From a bacterium (lineage in GTDB: Bacteria; Desulfobacterota; DSWW01), in the NCBI GenBank assembly GCA_040756235.1, contig JBFLZG010000085.1, positions 1 to 13,179 of the forward strand: a stretch of DNA of 13,179 nt, in the 5' to 3' direction. This document shows positions 1 to 7,695 of this stretch, one piece after another. A program made the position numbers and the translations under genes. The stretch's first letter is position 1; each line of letters begins with the position of its first letter. The notes under the pieces are model-generated. The model was not told where the DNA came from and made no database searches. It saw only the letters and a list, made by a program, of their open reading frames with translations.

Positions 1-21
1 TCAGCGCCCGCCGGCGACCCC

Positions 22-801
22 TCACTTCCCCTTGAACTCGGGTTTTCTCTTGCCGAGGAACGCCGCCACGCCCTCGTTCTTGTCTTCGGTCCCGCAGAGG
101 ACGCCGAAGCAGCGGGCCTCGATGTCCAGGCCCTCGCGCAGGGACACGGCGATGCCCTCGTTGATCGACTTCTTGACCATCCTCAAGGCCATCGGCGCCT
201 TGGCGGCGAGCTTCTCGGCCAGGGCCTTTGCCTCTGCCAGCAGGCTCTCCGGTTCCACCAGCCTGTCCACCAGGCCGATGCGGAGGGCCTCCTCGGCCGA
301 GATCATGTCTCCGGTCATGGCCAGCAGCTTGGCGTAGCCTTTCGGCACGATGCGGGCGATGCGTTGCGTGCCGCCGGCGCCCGGGAGGATCCCGAGGTTG
401 ATCTCCGGCAGGCCGAACCGGGCCTTGGTGGAGGCCAGGCGGATGTCGCAGGCCATCACCAGCTCGCAGCCGCCTCCCAGGGCGAATCCGTTCACCGCCG
501 CGATCACCGGGAAGGGACAGAACTCGACCTTGTTCATGGACTCCTGGCAGATCCGGGAGAAGGCCTCACCCGTGAATCGCTTGTGCGCGCCGAGCTCCGT
601 GATGTCTGCGCCGGCCACAAAGGCCTTCTCCCCGGCGCCGGTCACGATCGCGGCCCTCACGTCCGAGCGCTCGCCCAGCTCTTCGAAGACCTCCCCGACC
701 CGCATCCAGAGGACCCGGTTGAGGGCATTCACCGGCGGGTGGTCCACGGTCACGGTTGCAACCGCGTTCTCCACGACATAGCTGATCTTCGCTTCGCTCA
801 T
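22..801 (-). CDS. Enoyl-CoA hydratase/isomerase (crotonase family), 259 aa
   Basis: Crotonase motifs AFVAGADI, AAVNGFALGGGCELVMACDIR, FGLPEINLGILPGAGGTQR and C-terminal EGVAAFLGKRKPEFKGK, with both catalytic Glu present. ATG at 801 follows AAAGGAG; the ORF-track extension to 951 is unlikely. Confidence 0.96.
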   Translation of the reverse strand: MSEAKISYVVENAVATVTVDHPPVNALNRVLWMRVGEVFEELGERSDVRAAIVTGAGEKAFVAGADITELGAHKRFTGEAFSRICQESMNKVEFCPFPVIAAVNGFALGGGCELVMACDIRLASTKARFGLPEINLGILPGAGGTQRIARIVPKGYAKLLAMTGDMISAEEALRIGLVDRLVEPESLLAEAKALAEKLAAKAPMALRMVKKSINEGIAVSLREGLDIEARCFGVLCGTEDKNEGVAAFLGKRKPEFKGK

Positions 802-895
802 TTTCCCGCTCCTTTGATCCTCTTCTCGTTGAGCGCCACTACCCATGAATTCGTCGCAAGTGGTGATCCGCAGATGGGCATTTCCGGACACCCTC

Positions 896-2311
896 CTACA
901 GGCGCTTGCATCGGATCTCCGACAGGATGAGATCAGCGCACTGCATGGCACTCAATGCGGCGCCGTTGGAAGCAAGGCCCCGGCCCTGGTACGTGTCTCC
1001 CGCGAAATAGAGGTTGGCCACCCCTGGCGCCTTGAGGGCCGGTTTGAACCGGCCCACCAGGCCGGGCTTGCGGGCCAGCCCGTCGCAGCCCGCAACGTAA
1101 TAAGGGAGCTTCCACTCCACGAGCTCGTCGATGTCCGGGAACATCTCTCGGATGTCCTGCCACAGAAGCCCCAGGATCTTCCTGCGGGAGAACTTGTCCG
1201 CCACCTGCGGATACTCGGTCACGCAATCGGTCTGCAGGAGCTGCTTGCCCGGCGGCGCCACCGAGGGGTCGAAGTTGGAGGCCGGAAACCCCTGGAACGG
1301 CAGCCCGGCGTGTCGGGTCCGCAGGGCGCTCAGGAAGCAGAGGTCCTCGTCGACCGGCCGGCTCAGGCCGATGAGATACCCCACGAGCCCCGTGACCTCG
1401 TGCCGGATGTCCAGGATGCGTTTCCTCCACCACTCCGGCAGGGGCGCGTCCGGAGACCGGAATTCGAGGATCGCCGGCAGTTGGTAGATCGGGAGCGCCA
1501 GGATCACCCGTTCCGCACGCACCTCCTCGCACTCCGGGATGGCGTATTCGGAAGGGTAGGGGTGCCGGCCGGCTTCGACCGCCACGCCGACGGCCCGGCC
1601 GCCTTCGACGAGCACGCGGTCGACCCGGGTGTTGAGCCGGATCTCGCCGGCTCCGTCGCGTACGACGTGGGCCAGCGGTGCCGTGATCGCGGACATGCCG
1701 CCGATGGGATAAGAGGAGGAGAGCAGCTGCCGGACCTTCTTCAGATTGTCCCGCGCGATCCAGAGGACCTCGCCCGCCGCCATGTCCGCCGCTTCCGGGA
1801 TGGTGGTCATGATCATCCCGAAATCGCGGAACAGCTCGCGCACCGCGGCGTTCGGCACTGCCTGGGTCAGCCATTCCTCCAGGGAGCGATCGTCCCAGGA
1901 CTCGATCTCGGCTTCCGAGAGGCCGGCGATCTTCTTGAGCAGGGCGCCGAACTCGTTCCGGTCCGCATCGGTCATCGGCACCAGCTCGGCAATGTTGCAG
2001 AATCGGCCGTCCCGAAAGATCTTGACCTTTCTGCTGAAAGGCCCCCAGCCGACTTTCTTCCCCACCCGCTGGTTCAGCAGCGTGCAGGACCCCTCGGGCC
2101 CCAGCTCGATCATGTGCAGCCCCACGTCCACCTTCCAGCCCCTGTCCGGCTGGTCGGCCAGACACATGAGCCGTCCGCCGAACTGCGGATAGCGGTCGAC
2201 CACGAGCACGCGGCATCCGGCCTCGCGGGTCAGGATGGCCGCCACGCCCAGACCGGCGACGCCTGCGCCGACCACGATCGCGTCAAAGCCCTGTTTCCTT
2301 GCAGCCGCCAT
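896..2311 (-). CDS. FAD-dependent oxidoreductase, phytoene desaturase/amine oxidase family, 471 aa
   Basis: N-terminal Rossmann motif DAIVVGAGVAGL...VLVVDR..GGR, DVGLH, YPIGGM, APPGKQLL and C-terminal NLYFAGD..QGRGLASNGAALS. Start MAAARK at 2311, with GAGGA upstream. Confidence 0.88.
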   Translation of the reverse strand: MAAARKQGFDAIVVGAGVAGLGVAAILTREAGCRVLVVDRYPQFGGRLMCLADQPDRGWKVDVGLHMIELGPEGSCTLLNQRVGKKVGWGPFSRKVKIFRDGRFCNIAELVPMTDADRNEFGALLKKIAGLSEAEIESWDDRSLEEWLTQAVPNAAVRELFRDFGMIMTTIPEAADMAAGEVLWIARDNLKKVRQLLSSSYPIGGMSAITAPLAHVVRDGAGEIRLNTRVDRVLVEGGRAVGVAVEAGRHPYPSEYAIPECEEVRAERVILALPIYQLPAILEFRSPDAPLPEWWRKRILDIRHEVTGLVGYLIGLSRPVDEDLCFLSALRTRHAGLPFQGFPASNFDPSVAPPGKQLLQTDCVTEYPQVADKFSRRKILGLLWQDIREMFPDIDELVEWKLPYYVAGCDGLARKPGLVGRFKPALKAPGVANLYFAGDTYQGRGLASNGAALSAMQCADLILSEIRCKRL

Positions 2312-2543
2312 TCTCCGGGTTCCTCGCTCGAAAGATTTTGTTGAGATCGATGTGACGGGAGCGACGGCGGGCCTTGGAGGAAGGAGGGAACGGACCTCCC
2401 AGGCCCGGAAAAGGAGGACAGACCCCGCAGTAGCCCTTCTGACGAATCTCCACGTTCCCGCTCCACCCGACCGCATTCCAGCGTCAGGGCAAGGTCCGGA
2501 CAACTGTGCGGGGAAGCCGCTCGAGCAGGGTTAGGGGGAGCAA

Positions 2544-2573
2544 AAGATAACGCACAAGCCGCTCCCGCGTCAA
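2544..2573 (-). promoter_or_regulatory. Putative sigma70-type promoter for the oxidoreductase-hydratase operon
   Basis: The minus strand reads TTGACG (2573-2568), 18 nt, TATCTT (2549-2544). Confidence 0.5.
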
Positions 2574-2718
2574 GGCGAGGGTCTGCCAGGCCGCTCCGGC
2601 AGAGGTTCCGCGCTCACGCCGGGCTCAGGCGCTTCCTTGTCTTCTTTTCGGCTTCTTCGGCAATATGTGCTCGCAGCAGGACAGCCCATGCGGCAGAACC
2701 CTTTTGAAGGGAGATCCC

Positions 2719-3459
2719 ATGCGGAAGAGCGCGTCCGATGACGTCCGAGGCCGGCCCTGCGTGGAAGTCCGCGACGAGCCGATGCACAGGCATCTGTTCG
2801 AGAACGAGCGCTTCCGGGTGTATTGTGCCACGATCCCGCCGGGCGGCCGGACCCTCTATCACCGCCACAGCGAGGATACGCTCTACGTCGCTCTGGAAGG
2901 CGGGGTTTCGTGCTCCAGGACGATCGGGCCCCGGTACGGGACTCGATACCGTTTCCCGCGCTCCTTCGGCTCGTTCGCGAAGGCCTGGTTCGGCGTCCGG
3001 GGGCTCCTCCTGGGCTCGGCGCACGTTCCGAAGCGCTCGTTCTTCCTGATGCTCAACAGGGGATTCCCGGTCGCTCACCGGGTGAGCGCGTCCCGCCGTA
3101 ACGCGAAAGACATGAAGCTTCTGGGGATCGAGATCCTCGAACGAGGCGGAGCAGATCGAGGGTCGCGGGCCGGATTTCCTCCGTCCGTAAAAATGGAATA
3201 CGAATCCAAGGACTTCGCCGTTTTGAGCGTGCGCGTCGAGCCGGGGTCCGCGACGCGGACAGTCAGATTCGACGGACCGGGCATGGTGGTCTCGATGAGT
3301 GATCGGCTGACTTTCACGGCGCCCGACGAGGGCGGACAGCTCTGCGCCCGGCTCGAGCTGAAGGCGGGCGAATTCCTTCCCTGCGAGCCCGGGAAATTCG
3401 TCGTGCTGTCCGCCCCGGGCCCGGAGCCGCTCGCCGCGCTCCTGATAGCGCGTCATTGA
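2719..3459 (+). CDS. Cupin-like (double-stranded beta-helix) hypothetical protein, 246 aa
   Basis: HRHLFENERFRVYCATIPPGGRTLYHRHSEDTLYV (cupin motif 1) and PVAHRV (motif 2), followed by a second beta-rich half. ATG at 2719 follows AAGGGAG. Confidence 0.75.
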   Translation: MRKSASDDVRGRPCVEVRDEPMHRHLFENERFRVYCATIPPGGRTLYHRHSEDTLYVALEGGVSCSRTIGPRYGTRYRFPRSFGSFAKAWFGVRGLLLGSAHVPKRSFFLMLNRGFPVAHRVSASRRNAKDMKLLGIEILERGGADRGSRAGFPPSVKMEYESKDFAVLSVRVEPGSATRTVRFDGPGMVVSMSDRLTFTAPDEGGQLCARLELKAGEFLPCEPGKFVVLSAPGPEPLAALLIARH

Positions 3460-3590
3460 AGGGAGCCGAACCGCACCAAGATCACCACCTGGTGACCCTC
3501 CCCAGATCAGGACCGTGAGCACGCGGCCGCCTTTTCAGGTGGGCAGCTCTCTCTTTCGCAATCTGAAGTTTATCCAGGACGATTTTTTTC

Positions 3591-3620
3591 TTGACAGAAG
3601 CATGTATCTAAAATTATATA
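3591..3620 (+). promoter_or_regulatory. Putative sigma70-type promoter in an AT-rich patch
   Basis: Perfect TTGACA at 3591-3596, preceded by a T-tract. TTATAT/TATATA lies at 17-18 nt spacing (3614-3620). Confidence 0.6.
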
Positions 3621-3787
3621 CTCTCGATATACTGAATACCAAGAAATTCAAGAGCTGCAAAGTTTGCGTCCTGTGCGGCGGCCTTCGCGCCGGGCCCCAC
3701 GATGACCGTTGGGGAGCCAAGTCCGCAGATTACCTTGTCGCGGCAGGTCGTTTCAGAAGTAACGAGCAGGCAAAGGAGGCCAATGTG

Positions 3788-5863
3788 ATGAGACTCAAAG
3801 CGCGCAAGATGGATCCGTTTTTGCTGCCCTTTCTGTTTCTGAGCTTGATGGTGGGCTTGGTCGTGCCCGCCCAGGCGGAAGCCTCCACGGTCTATGTATG
3901 GGCGCTGGAACCCAGCTGGACTGCGAATGGCGGCGGTGGTGTCTTTTCCGCCTACGTAGGACCGCCGGATTACGGCTACGTATCCCCGGGTACGACGGAG
4001 GTCTACGACGGGCGTGAGGGAGGCATCATCAAGGCTGGTCTCACCCCGGATCCGGACGACGGGCACTACTGGGACGAAGGCCTCTTTGCCTTCATCCCTA
4101 CCGTCACCATCGATCAGTTCGCGGACAGCGCTCTGACCTATCACGTTGTGAACCAGGAAGGCACCAACCCGGTGTGGATGACGATCGAGATCGACACAGG
4201 GGTTGCGGGCGACCGAAGTGACAACACGACTTACCAGTTCGTGCCAACGACGAACCCCTCGGGCTGGCACACGTTCGACGCTGCTGCCGGGGAATGGCAG
4301 CAGTGGGCGGATGATAACGGCACGCCCATTTACCCGTCAGTGACACTGAGTGAAATTGCCGCGGCCAACAGCGGCCTCGATGTGGTACGCACCTATCTCC
4401 GGCTCGGCATGGGGGACTCGTATCATGGCTCCGGCTCGGGCACCGTCGCCTGGGTCGACAGGGCCTCGATCGGCGGAGTGACGTATGATTTTGTGTGCGT
4501 CCTTCCGGACGGCGCGGACCGGCTGGTCGAGACCCAGAATACGGACGGCGGATGGGGCTGGCCGCTGACCGGCACGAGCGCGCCCAATACGATCGGACCC
4601 ATCGCCATGGGGCTGGCGCAGTCTTACGGCTCGACCCTCGACCTCGATCACAAAGCCGGGTTGGAGTTGGCAGGCGGCTTTCTCCTGGCGAAGAGGAACA
4701 CATTTTCTCCTTCGGACGGTTACCTGGCTGCTACGCTCGACCGCGTTTTCGGGGGAACGACCTATGCGGATCATGTAAAGACTTACTTCTACGACGCGCT
4801 CGCAGCCGGCACGTACGACCGGAACGGGGCCGGAACGCTCTATGACACGGCCGGTTACGTCCAGATGGTCCGAGATGCCAGAGCCTCTCAGGGGATTGCC
4901 AACCTGGCTGCCTGGGACATCGGCATGGGCCTCGTCGGAGCGGTCCTGTCCGGCGCGGACGTCGGGGCGTGGGTGGATGGCACGGAGGCGGAGATCAACG
5001 AGCTGGACGGCACAGGTTATTATGATGTCGTCGGACTGGCCGGTGCTGTCTACGGCCTGGCGGCCGCAGGCCAGGATTTCAACCCGTTCGCGGGCCAGCA
5101 CGCGGCCGCCTCGAGCCTGTCAGATCTGGCGGACATCCTTGCGGGTTACCAGCTGACCACGGGCGGCTTCACATGGAACTCCCTCTATCTGGGGGAGGGG
5201 GAGGGCAATGAAAGCAATCAGGAGACCGCTTATGCATTGCTCGCACTGAATGAAGTCGACCGCGCCGCCTATCTCGCCCACGTCTCGAGCGCGGAAGACT
5301 ATTTGGTTTCCGTGCAGTTGCCTACGGGAGGCTGGGACGGCTATGTGGGCGACCCTTACGGAGAGAACAACGAGATCACAGGGGAGGCATTGTGGGCCAT
5401 CGTGGCGGCTCGAGGGTGCACGGACGCCGACGGCGACGGCTACGGCGACCCTGTAAGCCTCGCATGCGCCCACCTCGAGCCGGACTGCAATGATGCGGAG
5501 GCGGATGTGAACCCCGGCGCCATCGAGATCGAAGGGAACGGTAAGGACGACGACTGCAATCCCGAGACGCAGGATTGCGTGGACGCGGATGGGGATGGCT
5601 ACGGCAGCCCTGCAAGCTCCTTGTGCGACTACCCCGAGCCGGACTGCGACGACGCAGACCCGGATGTGAACCCCGGCGCAACCGAGATCCTCCGGAACGG
5701 GATAGATGACGACTGCAACCCCGGCACTCCGGAGACCTGGGGCGCCGCTTCCGTGGCAGGTGCAGGCCAGGAGTCGTTGTCCGGCGTCGTGAACCACCTC
5801 GCCCTGCTCCTGCTCCCCCTCTCGGCCATAGCTTTCTGGAGGGCGCGCAGAAGAAGAGATTGA
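3788..5863 (+). CDS. Secreted, probably surface-anchored multidomain protein: beta-rich N-domain, prenyltransferase/squalene-cyclase-repeat-like region, two MopE-like Cys/Asp repeats and a C-terminal TM anchor; 691 aa
   Basis: AAGGAGG precedes ATG 3788. Signal peptide MRLKARK...LLPFLFLSLMVGLVVPAQAEA; QW-like motifs LVETQNTDGGWGW, LAGYQLTTGGFTW and LVSVQLPTGGWDG; DADGDGYG..DC.D...VNPGA.EI..NG.DDDCN twice; C-terminal hydrophobic helix followed by RARRRR. Confidence 0.85.
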   Translation: MRLKARKMDPFLLPFLFLSLMVGLVVPAQAEASTVYVWALEPSWTANGGGGVFSAYVGPPDYGYVSPGTTEVYDGREGGIIKAGLTPDPDDGHYWDEGLFAFIPTVTIDQFADSALTYHVVNQEGTNPVWMTIEIDTGVAGDRSDNTTYQFVPTTNPSGWHTFDAAAGEWQQWADDNGTPIYPSVTLSEIAAANSGLDVVRTYLRLGMGDSYHGSGSGTVAWVDRASIGGVTYDFVCVLPDGADRLVETQNTDGGWGWPLTGTSAPNTIGPIAMGLAQSYGSTLDLDHKAGLELAGGFLLAKRNTFSPSDGYLAATLDRVFGGTTYADHVKTYFYDALAAGTYDRNGAGTLYDTAGYVQMVRDARASQGIANLAAWDIGMGLVGAVLSGADVGAWVDGTEAEINELDGTGYYDVVGLAGAVYGLAAAGQDFNPFAGQHAAASSLSDLADILAGYQLTTGGFTWNSLYLGEGEGNESNQETAYALLALNEVDRAAYLAHVSSAEDYLVSVQLPTGGWDGYVGDPYGENNEITGEALWAIVAARGCTDADGDGYGDPVSLACAHLEPDCNDAEADVNPGAIEIEGNGKDDDCNPETQDCVDADGDGYGSPASSLCDYPEPDCDDADPDVNPGATEILRNGIDDDCNPGTPETWGAASVAGAGQESLSGVVNHLALLLLPLSAIAFWRARRRRD
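5417..5734 (+). repeat. Two tandem 159-bp (53 aa) Cys/Asp-rich coding repeats (putative metal-binding, MopE-like motif)
   Basis: Units 5417-5575 (CTDADGDGYG...DDDCNPETQD) and 5576-5734 (CVDADGDGYG...DDDCNPGTPE) align without gaps and have 4 Cys each. Confidence 0.9.
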
Positions 5864-5887
5864 GGCATCAACTCGTCTCCAAGGTGT

Positions 5888-5933
5888 GAAGAAGGCGATG
5901 CCCTGCGGGACATCGCCTTCTTCTTGCTTTCTT
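5888..5933 (+). terminator. Intrinsic terminator hairpin between convergent genes
   Basis: Perfect 13-bp stem GAAGAAGGCGATG (5888-5900) / CATCGCCTTCTTC (5911-5923), followed by TTGCTTTCTT. Confidence 0.8.
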
Positions 5934-5952
5934 GCAGACCCTGCGACGCAGA

Positions 5953-7383
5953 TCAGGGCCGGATGTTCAGGTTGCCCCGGAACAGGTTTTCCGGGTCATA
6001 CCTGGCCTTTACGGCTCTCAGCCGCTCGTAGTTGGCCCCATGCGCTCCTCGCAACAAGCTCTCCCCCTCCTCGGCGAACCCCGAGAAGTTCAGATAGGTG
6101 CCGCCTCCGGAAAACCGGTGCATGTCCTTGAAGACCTTGCGTGCCCAGGCAATGTTCGCCTCCGTCTGCTCCGGCTCTCGCCAGTTTCCCTCGATCCCCA
6201 GCATGAACGGAGAACCGCGCCCGGCGAGGGCCGTATCCTGGGGGCCCACCCGGCCCATGGCGCCCCCGAGGGCCCAGACGTCCAGGGAATTCAGGGAGGA
6301 CGGCCGGGCCGCCGCATGGCCCGCGAGAGCCTCAATGGCCGGTTCGCTCAGCTCGTCGATGAAGATGGACTTCCAGTAATACAGCATCCCGTTGGGGTAG
6401 TCTTCGTCGAAGAACTTCTGGACTTGAAGGAACGGCCTGGGGCCGCTCAGGTCGAGCACAGGCTCGTCGAACTCACGCAGAGGCCGGATGATCTCCTCTC
6501 CCTTGTCGAAGGGGCCCGAGTAGCAGCCCATCAGAATCAGCACGGGGGCCCCTCGCGCCGCTTCCGGGACTTCCTCTCCGGAGGGAGCGCTCCAGAACAC
6601 GGCAAGCGCGCCGAGGTCCTCCGGAGCCTTCGCCATGTACTCGCGGAAGAGCTTCATGCCGCCTGCGGCTTTCTCGAGCGGATACATCGCCGCCGCGAAC
6701 CAGACTTGCGGGCCCACCGGATGGAGCCGATACTGGAAAGATGTGACGACGCCGAAGTTGCCGCCCCCGCCTCTCACGGCCCAGAAGAGGTCTTTATTCT
6801 CATCGGCGCTCGCCCGGAGCAGCTCGCCGTCGGCGGTCACGATGTCCACCGACAGAAGGTTGTCTATGGACATTCCGTGTCGACGCGTCAGCCAGCCCAC
6901 GCCGCCGTGCAGCGTCAGCCCGGCGATCCCGGTCTCCGAGACCAGCCCCAGGGGCGCCGCCAGCCCGAAGGCCTGCGTCTCGCGATCCACGTCGCCGAGC
7001 CGGGCCCCGGCTTCGGCACGTGCCGTTCGACGGCGGGGGTTCACCCGGACGGCTCTCATTTCGGACAGATCGATGACGAGCCCGTCATTGCACACGGCGC
7101 TGCCGGCCACGTTGTGCCCTCCGCCCCGCACCGATATCTCCAGCCCTTGCGACCGCGCGAAGCGGACCGCATCGATCACGTCGGCCACACCGGCGCAACG
7201 GACGATGAGAGACGGACGCTTGTCGATCAGGCCGTTCCAGACCTTGCGGGCCTCTTCGTAGCCCGCGTCCTGTTGTCCGAGAAGTCGGCCGGACAGCCCG
7301 GAAGCGAACTGCTCGATGTCCGTATCATCGATATGCGAGGCCCGGCCGGGGGTGACGGCCTCACTGGTTTGAGTGGTATCCAT
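5953..7383 (-). CDS. FAD-binding oxidoreductase, VAO/BBE family (FAD_binding_4 + BBE), 476 aa
   Basis: RGGGHNVAG (His for covalent flavinylation), TGIAGLTLHGGVGWL, DLFWAVRGGGGNFGVVT and C-terminal YLNF...NYERLRAVKARYDPENLF. AGGAGG RBS upstream. Confidence 0.95.
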   Translation of the reverse strand: MDTTQTSEAVTPGRASHIDDTDIEQFASGLSGRLLGQQDAGYEEARKVWNGLIDKRPSLIVRCAGVADVIDAVRFARSQGLEISVRGGGHNVAGSAVCNDGLVIDLSEMRAVRVNPRRRTARAEAGARLGDVDRETQAFGLAAPLGLVSETGIAGLTLHGGVGWLTRRHGMSIDNLLSVDIVTADGELLRASADENKDLFWAVRGGGGNFGVVTSFQYRLHPVGPQVWFAAAMYPLEKAAGGMKLFREYMAKAPEDLGALAVFWSAPSGEEVPEAARGAPVLILMGCYSGPFDKGEEIIRPLREFDEPVLDLSGPRPFLQVQKFFDEDYPNGMLYYWKSIFIDELSEPAIEALAGHAAARPSSLNSLDVWALGGAMGRVGPQDTALAGRGSPFMLGIEGNWREPEQTEANIAWARKVFKDMHRFSGGGTYLNFSGFAEEGESLLRGAHGANYERLRAVKARYDPENLFRGNLNIRP

Positions 7384-7695
7384 CTCGCGAACCTCCTGTT
7401 CACGCTTGATCGGATGACGAGGGTCGGCCCGGATGACGCAGGCTCTCCTCCGTGCCTTGAATTACGGGACGATTTTTCGATGCTCAGGCCCCGTCTGCGG
7501 GTTCCGGGGCGGAAACGAGAGCGCGCGCGAGGCGGCGAAAGGCGGGGGCGGCTGCGCGCGAATGCGGGGACTGCGGCGTCCGGCCGGGGCGCTCGTTATC
7601 GGAAAGCGCCGTGACCGGATCTGTCACAGGGTTCTTGTATGTTGGCCGCGAGTTGTGGCAGAACCGTAGGGCACCACGGTTGCACAGGGGGGGAG

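Noticed and set aside
845..2344. 499-aa plus-strand ORF
   Set aside because: Antisense shadow of the FAD oxidoreductase, typical of high-GC DNA. It has no recognisable motifs.
2385..2420. Resemblance to the 3' end of a Moco or glycine riboswitch (CCTCCC...GGAAAAGGAGG)
   Set aside because: The upstream conserved elements are absent, and no plausible gene starts behind it on that strand.
3515..3787. N-terminal extension of the 782-aa ORF
   Set aside because: It covers the AT-rich promoter. The strong RBS and signal peptide place the start at 3788.
5417..5734. Possible CRISPR or other non-coding repeat
   Set aside because: Two diverged in-frame coding repeats with no repeat-spacer structure.
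5932..7614. 560-aa plus-strand ORF
   Set aside because: Antisense shadow of the BBE-family oxidase.
7611..7627. GTGAC-N7-GTCAC inverted repeat upstream of the nuclease gene
   Set aside because: The arms are only 5 bp, the spacing does not fit a CRP/FNR site, and I recognise no LexA box. It could be chance.
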